Made by a program: the position numbers and the translations under genes
Notes under the pieces: model-generated
What the model saw: the letters and a program-made list of their open reading frames with translations, nothing else
Told to the model about the DNA's origin: nothing
Database searches by the model: none
Part shown: positions 1 to 10,589 of the stretch, in pieces
Layout: each line of letters opens with the position of its first letter
How positions within the stretch are numbered: the first letter of the stretch is position 1
NCBI RefSeq assembly: GCF_006345805.1
Contig: NW_021824062.1
Span: 1 to 20,084 of the forward strand
DNA: 20,084 bases
Direction: 5' to 3'
Origin: Octopus sinensis
Taxonomy: Eukaryota

Positions 1-534
1 AAAATGGAAAAAATATGATGGTAAATTTTTTTTAAATCGTTGACTCATCGTAGACATTTTTAGAGAGTTACTCCCTTATATAATAGCGAAAAAATGCATT
101 AAAATGGAAAAAAACGATGGTAAATTTTTTTTAAATCGTAGACTCATGTAGACGCTTTCTTAGCCATTTCTGTTTTGGTGTCTTCAAGCCATGAACTCGT
201 TGTTCTAAAAGAACGCTGGTTTCCTTGACAACGCTTTACGACGTTGATTTCCTTACACTCCCTTCCCCACAGGTGCAGTGTGAGCGGTGACGCCAACTCC
301 GCCGCCATCGACACGCGAAAAATTATGCATTAAAATGGAATAAAAAATGATGTTAAATTATTTTTAAATCGTAGACTCATCGTAGACGCGCGCTAATAAT
401 CAGACGGGCTTGATATGAATCACGACTATAAGCTACCCGAATTTGGTTAAACTGCACCGCAAAATGTGGGAGTAGTTAGGAATCTAAATCGAAGGGGACA
501 AACACTCACACAACTACAGTTTTATATATATAGA
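1..534 (-). mobile_element. Non-autonomous Helitron-like element, 5' part; runs off the left edge of the window
   Basis: The minus strand starts A^TCTATATATATAAAACTGTAGTTGTGTGAGTGTTTGTC (TC at 534-533), the TC start typical of short invertebrate Helitrons. It carries an internal repeat (aaaatggaaaaaa..gatggtaaattttttttaaatcgtagactcatcgtagac) at about 1-55, 101-153 and 332-387. That repeat is homologous to part of the Helitron at 13390-13761. Confidence 0.7.
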
Positions 535-540
535 TATACA

Positions 541-976
541 TAGCGCAGTAGTGGTGAGATGTGACAGCAAAGAAAAGCATACATTCACTCTCTGCATGCA
601 ATTATACTCGGAAAGTTCGTGAGGAACCCATTGACCCAATTTGCTGACTTTTTCGATAGCACACAGGTCTCAATGAATGGTTGAATGACCAAATCCAAGC
701 TTCTCTGCTAGTTCCTCAACAGTTACGATGATATTTTGTTCCAGGGTTTTCAGGATGTCCTTGTCGAGTTCTACAGATCTTTCAGGATGAGGCTCGTCTT
801 CTAGGCTGTAGTTTATGGCTCGGAATTTCTGGAACCACCATTGACACTGCCTTACGCTTATTGTCCAATCCCCATATACTGCATTAATATTTCTTGTACT
901 TTCCGTTGCTTGTGTTATCTTTATTGAACTCATAAAGCAAAATATGCCAAATATGCTCCTTTGTTACTTCCAACAT
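541..976 (-). pseudogene. Mariner (Tc1/mariner) transposase pseudogene, N-terminal HTH region through the WVPHEL linker
   Basis: From ATG at 976 it reads MLEVTKEHIWHILLYEFNK, frameshifts into ATESTRNINAVYGDWTISVRQCQWWFQKFRAINYSLEDEPHPERSVELDKDILKTLEQNIIVTVEELAEKLGFGHSTIH, then continues past a stop as DLCAIEKVSKLGQWVPHELSEYN (WVPHEL at 630-613). It ends at the Helitron junction before the catalytic domain. Confidence 0.93.
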
Positions 977-1086
977 AGCTTTGAAAAATATAGCTGTTAA
1001 ACTCTCTCTCTCACACACATGCACACATTTATATTCTGTTATTCTTTTATATGTTTCAGCCTTGAGGTTGTGGCCATGCTGGATCA

Positions 1087-1363
1087 TGTGTGTGTGTGTG
1101 TGTGTGTGTATCTATCTGTCTGTCTGTCTATATGTATATATGTATATGTATGTGTGTGAACAATAATATTTTCAACAGATGTGTTGCAAATGTATCTGAT
1201 TGTTCTCAAGCTTCAATACTGTGTGTGTGTGTATGTGTGTGTATGTATGTATGTATATGCATGTATGTATGTATATGTATGTATGTATGTGTGTGTATGT
1301 ATGTATGTGTGTTTGTATGTGTGTGTGTGGTATGTATGTATGTATGTATGTATGTATGTATGT
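1087..1363. repeat. Compound (TG)n/(TATG)n microsatellites
   Basis: Visible GT and ATGT runs with a short unique spacer. Confidence 0.95.
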
Positions 1364-1721
1364 TTACTTTATTACTAACACAAGCCACTACGGTTATTTA
1401 ATGTAAAGTCTTCCTCAAATCACTCTCTCTCTCTCGCTATTTACTCTCTTCCAAGAACATTTTCACTCACTCTTATGTCTTAGCTTCCCATACATTTTAC
1501 TCATGTATCTATCAGCGTCATAGACAGAAACAAATATTACATCGCCATCGTCACCGCATTCTATTGTCTACCTGTCAACACACTGAATTACTTTCACTTT
1601 ATTCGTAGCACACTGTGTGTGTGCGTTTGCGTGTGCTGTAAACCAGACTAGAGAAAAGCATTTGACATACACACCAGAATGTGAGTTTTTCTGTAAATTT
1701 TGCTTAATTGGAGTTTAAATT

Positions 1722-1857
1722 TTAAAACTGGACCTGGCATGACCCGATGCATTCTACTCTAAAAATGCTAGGTAAATTGTAATTGAAGAAATCCTATATT
1801 GTAGATTTCTATAAGATACAAAGGGAGGCAGATAAAATCTGCTTTTATAATAAGAGA
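1722..1857 (-). mobile_element. Possible short Helitron-like repeat
   Basis: The minus strand starts A^TCTCTTATTATAAAAGCAG beside a TA tract, with a hairpin gcagat-aaa-atctgc at 1828-1842. The 3' end reads CCAG rather than CTRR, so the call is weak. Confidence 0.3.
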
Positions 1858-1918
<61 letters not shown>

Positions 1919-2004
1919 ATATATATAATATATATAATATAACATACATATATTATATATATATATATAGATATATAATATATATATATAATAATAATAT
2001 ATTT

Positions 2005-2038
<34 letters not shown>

Positions 2039-2060
2039 ATACATATATATGATACATATA
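1857..2060. repeat. (TA)n microsatellite, imperfect
   Basis: Visible directly. Confidence 0.97.
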
Positions 2061-2555
2061 CAACAAACACGCATACCTCTTTGGCGTATGCTGTAAGTAT
2101 AAATGAATAAACTAGAACGAATAACGTTAGTGTTGATGGTGAATGGTTATACTGAGAAAGTAAGCGAAAATTGTGAGGACGACGACGACGAAGCCGTTGA
2201 AGTTACCAATGGCTACATGAAAACATAATGGCGATGAAGAGGAAGGGGTGAAAAAGACAAATATATGTATATGTGTGTCTTTGCCATGGATGTAAATATA
2301 TTTATACATGTATATAGTTTTAAGAAACTCTCAAGAGAGTTGACCAACTGAAGATTTTCGTGGAGACAGAAACTAACACGTACACACATATCTTCTAATG
2401 TCGATCATTAGCAGTCAGAACTGACTTCGATAGATATTGAAGCACCATCCTTAGGACATCTCTTTAAACGTGTGGGTGTACTTTATAATGAAGGCTAATT
2501 GCCTTCATTTTTAAAGCGTTGCTAGCTTTCGCAAGTTATTAGTGAGATTCCATAC

Positions 2556-2728
2556 CGGAAGTAGCAACTACTTCAAAGTGACAAGACCAGGTCAAGACGG
2601 ATGTGAAATTTAGTCCCTGCAGTGGCTTCTCGAAAGTTACAGGTGATTCCATAAAAAGTTTCAACATTAATGTTTCTTCCACATTGTGTGACATAGTTTC
2701 TTTTAAATTTTTCATTTTTACCCCTCAC
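2556..2728 (-). other. Candidate spliced exon (173 nt) of an unidentified host transcript
   Basis: Minus-strand acceptor ttctctcttttacAG and donor CCG|GTATGG flank non-repetitive sequence. No recognisable protein family. Confidence 0.3.
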
Positions 2729-2917
2729 CTGTAAAAGAGAGAATATGCCACAAGGGCTTGGATATAATTATGTAAGAGAGAGATGTTTAATTCATTTTGT
2801 GTTCACATATTTTCTTAAGTTAAAAACACATATACACCATACGTACGCTTAGTCGTTGTTTATGTATTTTGGCGTTAGTGTGTACTTATACACACACACA
2901 CCCACCCACACACATAT

Positions 2918-3080
2918 GCGGCTGTGTGGTATGTAGCTTGCTTACCAGCCACATGGTTCCGGGTTCAGTCCCACCGCGTGGCATCTTGGGCAAGTGTCTT
3001 CTACTATAGTCTCGGACTGACCAAAGCCTTGTGAGTGGATTTGGTAGACGGAAACTGAAAGAAGCCCGTCGTATATATGT

Positions 3081-3143
<63 letters not shown>

Positions 3144-3378
3144 GTGTGTGTGTGTGTGTGTGTGTGTGTATGTTTGTGCGTTTGTGTTGTCCCCCTAGCA
3201 TTGCTTGACAACCGATGCTGGTGTGTTTACGTCGCCGTCACTTAGCGGTTCGGTAAAAGAGACCGATAGAATAAGTACTGGGCTTACAAAGAATAAGTCC
3301 TGGTGTAAATTTGCTCGACTAAAGGCGGTGCTCCAGTATGGCCGCAGTCAAATGACTGAAACAAGTAAAAAGAGAAAA
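2918..3378 (+). mobile_element. tRNA-derived SINE family A, near full length: head, internal (TA)n(TG)n, 3' module
   Basis: Pol III A-box-like cggctgtgtgg (2919) and B-box-like ggttcagtccc (2962), followed by a CORE-like cttgggcaagtgtctt. The head ends about 3075, the microsatellite spans 3072-3170, and the 3' module (3170-3378) recurs at 4850, 8630, 12836 and 14251. Confidence 0.85.
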
Positions 3379-3431
3379 AGATATATATATATATATAATA
3401 TATATATATAATATATATATATATATATAAA

Positions 3432-3675
3432 AGGAGACTCCATCGGTTACGACGACGAGGGTCCCAGTTAATTCGAACAACGGAACAACTTGCTCGTGAA
3501 AACGTGCAAGTGGCTGAGCAAACCACACACACGGATGCCCTTAACGTATTCGCAGGGAGATTCAGCGTCACTCAGAGTAACAAGGCTGGCCCTTTGAAAT
3601 ACATGTACTACACATTTTAGCCACCTGAGTGAACTGGAGCGACGTGAAATAAAGTATCTTGCTCAAGGACACAAC
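3432..3675 (-). mobile_element. SINE family B, 5'-truncated (no tRNA head)
   Basis: The minus strand begins gttgtgtccttgagcaagatactttatttcac, resembling the conserved central segment (gtgtccttgagcaag) of CORE/V-type SINEs, and ends at a TA tract. Family assignment is from memory. Confidence 0.6.
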
Positions 3676-4520
3676 AAGTGTGATCTCTGCATAGCTAATT
3701 TGCAATCCACGGATTGTCTAAATGAACATAGCAGTATAGGTTTTTTTCCTGCAAACATCGATCACTAAATCTATTCTCAAAATACAAATAACAACAACCC
3801 TATCCCGCTTTTTCCCTTATTGACCCTCACTACCACCGTATATTAAACCAACTTTATACCTTCCCTTTAATTCCTTTTTGTCGTTCACATAATTCTCTCT
3901 CTATCTTTCCTTACTATTTATAAAATTCTTTTCTCTTAATTCACGTGGCTTACACCTACCCACTCCACTATGCAAACTTACAATCACATACACCAACATT
4001 CACCTCTACTACTTTATATTAGTGTACACGCTCACCGCATACAATATACAACCTATAACTGAACGCTAATAGTAGTCGCCACTATTCTTGCCCATTGCAT
4101 CTTACTTCACACATACTTTCTTCCACCCTCTCCCCTCCACATTTTCTTTTTTCAAATACCACTCCTCTTTCTTATTTCTGTGATTCGGCCAAAATGGCGC
4201 TACCGAACACTACCAGTCAAAAGCTTTGCTGAAGCTCCTCTTTCTTCTCACTACCTTATGTATTTATTCTTTCTCCTTCTTTTAATCCCAATTTCTCTCT
4301 ATATTTATATTCTCCTCTCTTAGTGTGCTCTCTGCACATTCTGATTGAATATTCCATGCGTTAACATGTAAATTCTGGCGACAATGTAAACTTTCATTTA
4401 ACCAAGATATCCTGGCCTGAAGAGTAACCTGCACTATACACATCGCTTGAATATTTACCACTTCTGAGGTTCCGATTACTATGAAATATATGTAGCCCGG
4501 ATCTTATCTACTCCATATAA
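3676..4520 (+). mobile_element. Penelope-like retroelement 3' remnant: endonuclease C-terminus, long CT-rich 3' region and terminal hammerhead motif
   Basis: 3676-3791 translates KCDLCIANLQSTDCLNEHSSIGF, then after a frameshift in a T7 run SCKHRSLNLFSKYK*. This resembles the CxLC...LN...CR/KH tail seen after GIY-YIG domains of invertebrate Penelope-like elements. A hammerhead motif follows at 4404-4505, then (TA)n. Confidence 0.6.
4404..4505 (+). ncRNA. Type I hammerhead ribozyme-like motif with extended helix I
   Basis: Helix I aagat(at)cc(t)ggc / gcc(c)ggatctt; CTGAAGA at 4417-4423; long imperfect helix II; GAA at 4483; near-palindromic helix III ATATATGT; putative GUA cleavage triplet at 4492-4494. 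Confidence 0.65.
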
Positions 4521-4550
4521 ATATACATACATACATACACATATATATAT

Positions 4551-4618
<68 letters not shown>
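4515..4618. repeat. (TA)n/(TACA)n microsatellite
   Basis: Visible directly. Confidence 0.97.
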
Positions 4619-4621
<3 letters not shown>

Positions 4622-4820
4622 AATTCAAATAAACAAACAATTCAAATAACGGGGAGGAAAACACTAAAAGAAGAAAAGGAAAGCAACGACACCTAAGAAT
4701 GTGCACAAAAAGTATATTAGCTTGACGCTACGCTCGATGAAAGGAGAGAGTTTAATGTTTCGAACATAGCCCTTCGTCGGAAAGGAGAGAGGGAAAAGTC
4801 GAGTGAAGAAATGGAAATGT
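4619..4820 (-). mobile_element. Short Penelope pLTR-like fragment with a minimal hammerhead motif (4751-4783)
   Basis: The minus strand reads ttt-CCGACGA-a-gggc-tat-gttc-GAA-ACAT-T-aaa. The element is flanked on both sides by (TA)n and shares its layout with 11433-11622. Confidence 0.5.
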
Positions 4821-4849
4821 ATAAATATATATATGTGTGTGTGTGTGTG

Positions 4850-5058
4850 TGTTTGTTTGTCTGTCTGTGTTTGTCCCCACAACATCGCTTGACAACCGAT
4901 GCTGGTGTGTTTACATCCCCGTCACTTAGCAGTTCGGCAAAAGAGACCGATAGAATAAGTACAAGGCTTACAAAGAATAAGTCCTGGGGTAGATTTGCCC
5001 GACTAAAGGCGGTGCTCCAGCTTGGCCGCAGTTAAATGACTGAAACAAGTAAAAGAAT
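4850..5058 (+). mobile_element. SINE family A 3' module; head not present
   Basis: Near-identical to 3170-3378 (cttgacaaccgatgctggtgtgtttac...aatgactgaaacaagtaaaaga) and preceded by the same (TA)n(TG)n run. Confidence 0.9.
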
Positions 5059-5099
5059 ATATATATATATATGAGCTGCGTTCTAAAACAATCCGACTT

Positions 5100-5240
5100 A
5101 ACTGGTACCTACTTCATCGACCCCGAATGAATGAAAGCAACGTCGATCTAGGCGGAATTTGACCCTAGAATGTAAAGATAAATGAAATGCCGCTAAGCAA
5201 TTTATCTGGCGAGCTCACACCTCTGACAGCTCACCGCCTT
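5100..5240 (-). mobile_element. tRNA-derived SINE family C, degenerate copy
   Basis: Aligns with copies at 7258, 16806 and 17050-17905 (atcgacccc...gtcga.ct.ggcggaatttga...gaaatgccgctaagca...ccgcctt). Confidence 0.85.
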
Positions 5241-5601
5241 ACAATCAAATGTAATGATACAACGCAAATAATAATGCTGTTTTACCAAAAGAGAAAATAT
5301 GTAATATATATATATCAAGTATATTGCATAATTATGTCTAAGAAGTGAACTTTGGAAAATATTGAATATTTAAACAGAAGTTATTAATGCGATGAGAATA
5401 ATAAAGTCAGTGTTCCTCTGTAAAAGAGCGCACTCGGTGTACAACGACAATAGTTAATCAAATACGTCCACGACTACCACTGCATACACACATACACACT
5501 GGCATGTACTCTCAAACGTTTGTCTCAATGCAAAATAGATCTGAAAGGTTAGTAGGGTGAAAATATGAACTGTTAATATGTATATTCACAGATGGGTAGA
5601 A

Positions 5602-5605
5602 ATAT

Positions 5606-5649
<44 letters not shown>

Positions 5650-5800
5650 CACTCACACACACACATATATACATATATATATATATGTAAGTGTGTGTGA
5701 GTGTATATGTATGTAATCATACACATATGCATATATGTATACGCATATGTATTTATGAATATATGACTATATAATTACATATGTATATATATATAATTCC

Positions 5801-5856
<56 letters not shown>

Positions 5857-6200
5857 ATACATATATAGATAGATATTTATGGTTATGTATACGCATTAAT
5901 ATATATATTATATATATGGTATGTTTATGTATATGTATGTATATATCAATTTATATACATGTACATATATACAAATATATGTGTATATATGTATATATAT
6001 ATATATATATAGATTATATATATATGAATGCCTCGGCGTTTTCAAGGATGTTCTTTCATTCTTGCTCCCTTGATATTATTATATACATATATATATATAC
6101 ACAAACACATAAATATATACATACATATATGCATATATATATATTATATATATGAATGTATATATGTATGTATGTACGTATTTATGTACGTATGCATGTA
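5602..6200. repeat. Long compound (TA)n/(CA)n/(TATG)n low-complexity tract
   Basis: Visible directly. Confidence 0.95.
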
Positions 6201-6555
6201 TCTTTAATAAGCCAGTCCTTACGATAAGAGAATAATGGAAAACAGAATTTATTGGAATTCCGGAATAGGAAATAACCGATAATGCAATTCTTCCTAAAGC
6301 AACGAAACTTTTAATGACACATCATCTATGATAGCATCGTGCTTCATACTACAGAGAATGGATTTGGCCACTGGACTTAGTATGTCTTCAACTGACCAGA
6401 ATTGTAAGCACTTTTCCAACTATACTTCATGAATATCAAACTTGAAATCCTTTTTCTACAGCCTACATAAATGGTAGAAAGTGTTAAAAACCCTTAACAC
6501 GTAAGTACGATGTTTTTAATGCTTGTTCAAGAAGTTTGTATTTCCTACACTTAAA

Positions 6556-6700
6556 CTATACGCAATATGCGCACTTTGTAACATTGTTGGTACAAAGAGA
6601 ACTATACCCTGGCCACCATATTGTATAATTTTCTGTTGCTCTTTGTTTTTGTTTTTCGATTTTGACACAAAGATTTGTCTCAAAAGCTGCTTCTTCACAA
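6556..6700 (-). pseudogene. Probable Ty3/Gypsy integrase zinc-binding (H2C2) domain remnant
   Basis: Two frames give KKQLLRQI and IEKQKQRATENYTIWWPGYSSLCTNNVTKCAYC (WWPG at 6618-6607). This matches the Gypsy pattern L..IH.GHLGIEK.K.RAR..VWWPG...I...V..C..C, although the His residues are lost. Confidence 0.5.
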
Positions 6701-7257
6701 TTTATACGCAATATTTTCTGAGGACTTGTATGTCTCAGTCTCACGCGAATATTTACCAAACGAACGATGAATTAGCTTGTGAGCGATTTCAAACTGATCT
6801 TTTTAGTATATCAATTTCTTTATCAAGCACACTAGGAAAAAAGAAAGTCTTTATCTCTCCAAACTATGTTATAAACTAACAAACCAAGTTCAGTAATATT
6901 CTATCATACTAATATTCTATCTTACACCCACTCTGGAATTCTTCTAATTGTCAAGTAGCTTTTGTTCATTTTCCCTTCTGAAAAGGGCACCTTCGGTTGC
7001 CAGTACAATTTAATGAGCTCCGCTTTCTATGCTCAGTTTTGTTCAAATTACGAACAATGAAAACCACTTCGAAATATTAAATTTTCATCAGTTGCTCGAA
7101 AGGATAAGCATTCAGTAGTTCTGTCCTCAAAAGTGTATAGATATTTGGTTTAAGCATTTAGTAGACTGCGAGGCCAAAAATATTTGTATATTGTCTTTAG
7201 TCCTCCATATTTCGTTAGACCTTGTTTATACTACGTGGCATTTGCTCATGCATCAAG

Positions 7258-7386
7258 TTATTGACTTCGAAATGATGAAAGGCAACTCCGATCTCGGCGG
7301 AATTTGAACTCAAAACGTAAAGACGGACGAAATGCCGCTCAGTATTTCGTCCGGTGTGCTAACGATACTGCCTTCTTACCGCCTTA
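7258..7386 (-). mobile_element. SINE family C copy
   Basis: Minus-strand B-box-like gagttcaaattcc; aligns with the other family C copies. Confidence 0.88.
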
Positions 7387-7619
7387 TACATCTTCAATAT
7401 TACTAAGAGAAATTATAACTGTAGGCGGAGAAATTTGTGGACTTCCAAAAGAACCAAACATATTTGTGTAAGTTCGACGCATTTTGTTTGCTAACTTATT
7501 TGAACAATTGTTCGTAAGAAGTGCAGATTGTTTATATTGCCTCCTTAATCTCACATAGATTCATTTTGTTATACGACCCCTTAATAAAAGACTACGATTC
7601 TATTCTCAAATAAAAATTG

Positions 7620-8052
7620 AAGTAACAAATGCAGAAGATCTTGCTGAATTATTCAGGACAAGATTGAATGTATGAATATATTAGCAGACAATATCGGAAA
7701 ATCATCTACGGCGCACTCACTACCGGAAAGAGATCGCGCGAGACGCGAGTGTCCCATGCGACGCCACAAAGACCAACTGAAGCAGACGATAAAACACACC
7801 AACATGGAACCTAAATTCTGGGAACAACGCTCAGAAGACAAAACAACGTGGCATTACACTAGCAAGACTGACGTAGAATATTTTGAAAAATATTGTCGAA
7901 GAAGTGAAGATAAACGATGGAAGACTTACAAACTCCAGCCAGAGCCTCAACGGACCTTTAAATGTGACTTCTGTGGATAATTGCTCAACGCAAAAAAATC
8001 AGTCTTATTAGCAATACTTGGAAACGAGGAGCCGATTACGACGACGACGATG
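7620..8052 (+). mobile_element. RTE-clade LINE 3' end, decayed
   Basis: ORF 7672-7980 (RRHKDQLKQTIKHTNMEPKFWEQRSEDKTTW...FKCDFCG) matches the RTE C-terminal pattern KRYKDxLKxxLK...WExxAxDRxxW...FxCxxCG. A short (GAC)n tail follows at about 8038-8052. Confidence 0.85.
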
Positions 8053-8629
8053 TCATCATGAATTTGTCTGCTTGAATTACTCTTCTGCTTGGTTGAGAAT
8101 CTAATGGAGACTCATTGCAAATTAGTTAATTCCTAAATGGTATGAACAATACATTTATTTACATCTAATTTATTCATGCATGAGCACATTTTACAAAAGT
8201 TCGTGGAAACAGTTTCGTACAGAGTCAATAAAATTCACTGGTGCTTACAACGTTTTCAGGATTTGTCGGTTGTTCACACACCGATTGACAACAGAACCTT
8301 AGTTTTTCACTGAATTTATATAACTAGTGTTGTGTCTATACGTATCGAAAACATATTTGTTTCCCGAATATTCTTAGCTACAGCCCTATTTATTCATAAT
8401 TAAGTAACATTTCTGAATTTACTTGAGATCGTTTCCATAATAATACTGCTCAAATTAAGTCATTAATTGTAGACACGTATGCTAACTGACTCTAGATTTG
8501 TCCTTATCCTTATTCGTGCATTATTTGCCTCTCTACGTTACAGGAAGTTATACAAGTTATACTCTGTTGTAGAGTCATCGTTTGCCGAGACGTTCCACGG
8601 CTTCGGCAATTGTCTTCTTTTGCTCTCTT

Positions 8630-8832
8630 CGCTTTTACTCGTTTTAGTCATTGGAAATGCGGCAATGCTGTAGCACCAGCTTGTAAAGTTAGTCAAACAT
8701 TCCTATCCAAGTGGTTGAGCCAGGTACCTACTATTATAGAGACTGCTTTTGCCGAACTGCTAAGATTCGGGGACGTAAACGAACCAACATTGGTTGCTAA
8801 GCGGTGGGAAGACAAACAGACAAAGACACAGA
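8630..8832 (-). mobile_element. SINE family A 3' module, older degenerate copy
   Basis: cttttactcgttttagtcattgg...tgcggcaatgctgtagcacc...cttttgccgaactgctaag...ggggacgtaaac...gacaaaca is the reverse complement of 3170-3378. Confidence 0.8.
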
Positions 8833-8963
8833 TACATATACATCATATATATATAGGTTTATATATATATACACATACATACATATGCATATACATACAC
8901 ATATAAAACGTATATATGAATGCATATATATTATATATGTATGTGTGTGTATGTGTGTGTGCG

Positions 8964-9037
8964 TGTGGATCAAAACAATTTGATTCAAATCCTTGATGCA
9001 TGTGGATCAAAAAAGTTTGCTTCAAATCCTAGATACT
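8964..9037 (+). repeat. 37-bp direct tandem duplication (2 copies)
   Basis: tgtggatcaaaacaatttgattcaaatccttgatgca / tgtggatcaaaaaagtttgcttcaaatcctagatact. Confidence 0.85.
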
Positions 9038-9212
9038 CTGAGTTTCAAGTATTTCTATGGTCCTCGGCTATTGAGTCTGAATGAGAGTTTGATTGAAGAG
9101 AGTGAATGTTTAGTACTGAACGTTAGCCTGAGGCTAGTCGAGAAAGGTCACGCAGTGTCGCAGTCTGATGTTGGTATTTCAATGCCAACAATTACTTGGA
9201 ATTTTCATTCGT

Positions 9213-9222
9213 GTATATATAT

Positions 9223-9266
<44 letters not shown>

Positions 9267-9500
9267 AATAGATAGATAGATAGATAGATATAAATATATA
9301 CCAACATACACATATATATATACACATATATATGTATATATACATATATATATGTATATATGTATATACATACACATATATGTCAGTTTGATTGTGTGTA
9401 TATATATTGGTAAAAACGGTAAGATAACAAAAGAAAGAAAGAGACCTCAATATTATGTAAATAGAGAGAGAGAGAGAGAGAAGAGAGAGAAAGAGAGAGG
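9213..9500. repeat. Compound (TA)n/(GA)n/(GATA)n microsatellites
   Basis: Visible directly. Confidence 0.9.
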
Positions 9501-9844
9501 AACTTCAAATTCGCCTTTCCCTAATTAAATTATTGACTTGAGGTAGTCGTTCTGCCTTGGTTCTGCTTTTTCCCCTAATATAATATATACCTGCTATAAC
9601 AGAACCCTAATACGGATACCTCGATACAGCCTCAGCTTTGAACTTGGAACCTAACGGACGACCAAACTATAGCACTTACACAGTGTACATATTCGTTTAG
9701 ATCACAAATGAACTAAACCCCTCATTCTTTACATATATGTATACACGCTCCCGATCACAGATATGCAAACAATACTGGTTCCATACCTAGCATTATTGGA
9801 GAATGAAAGTCCTTTAAAACAATAGGTATATATTACGCATATAG

Positions 9845-10140
9845 TTCACATTCAGTTAAATGAAGAAAAGAAAACGGAGAGTTGAAAGTTGATAATTATT
9901 TATTATTAACAAATTCGTAATCATTACTTCTTACAGCCGTTTCCATTAGTATTCAATAATTAAATTACAAATTAAATTACAAATTAAATTACAAATTTGT
10001 GCATTAAATTTGCTTTTACATGTTATGAGCATAATTTCATCAGAGAAACAGATATACTTTTCTATGTTACATGGCGACTTGTCAGGTCATACCAGCAGAC
10101 TAAATATGATGATTTATTATTTTAATAGTATTATGCGCGA
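9845..10140 (-). mobile_element. Hammerhead-bearing repeat (Penelope pLTR/retrozyme-like), left arm of an inverted pair
   Basis: Diverged reverse complement of 11145-11420; contains the hammerhead motif at 9928-10047. Confidence 0.7.
9928..10047 (-). ncRNA. Type I hammerhead ribozyme-like motif
   Basis: The minus strand reads ttct-CTGATGA-a-atta...(long AT-rich loop)...taat-g-GAA-ACGGCTGT-A-agaa, with helix I ttct/agaa and a GUA triplet. Confidence 0.65.
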
Positions 10141-10589
10141 GTGAAAAGTTAACGGATTGATTAGAATATAATGATGGCTAAAGTAAAATAAAGAAAGATA
10201 AAAAATTAAATGAAGTAAAACAGAAATAAATGGAGACTAATAAAATGAATAGGATAAATGTATAGCGAGTAATAAGAATAAAAATATTCACTTATAATAT
10301 ATAGATAAAGAGTTTTTATATATATATATATATGGAGAGAGAGAGAGATAAAGAGTATTTATATAAACATATATATATATATTTGAATATATTTTTCATA
10401 CCCATCACAACTATAAATAAAATAAGCATAGATCCATTTTAGTCCACCAGTGCGAAATAGCGTCTCCAGAAAGAAATACATCTAGTCTTAACGGATTTAT
10501 GAAAATGTGGGTGTGAGTGGATTTTTATCATAGAGCCAACAGTAACCATCAGATGTTTATGCTTACATAACAATATAATTACACTCGTA

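Noticed and set aside
2348-2382. CTGAAGA...GAAAC hammerhead-like string
   Set aside because: No complementary helix I and no palindromic helix III.
2556-2728. In-frame TGA at the start of the candidate exon, followed by an open frame (possible selenocysteine)
   Set aside because: No resemblance to a selenoprotein I recognise, no SECIS identified, and the exon itself is unproven.
2918-2980. Possible tRNA gene
   Set aside because: It has A/B boxes but no full cloverleaf and continues into the SINE body, so it is a SINE head.
3205-5035. Near-identical peptides (TTDAGVFTSPSLS...KETDRIST.LTKNKS) in ORFs at 3205, 4811 and 14215
   Set aside because: They reflect copies of the SINE A 3' module, not a gene family; starts and stops are not conserved.
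6462-6500. Plus-strand micro-exon with good splice signals (tttttctacAG ... GTAAGT)
   Set aside because: Stops in all three frames and no supporting neighbours.
7061-7095. Minus-strand CTGATGA with a small stem
   Set aside because: Followed by GAAG rather than GAAA, and helix III is absent.
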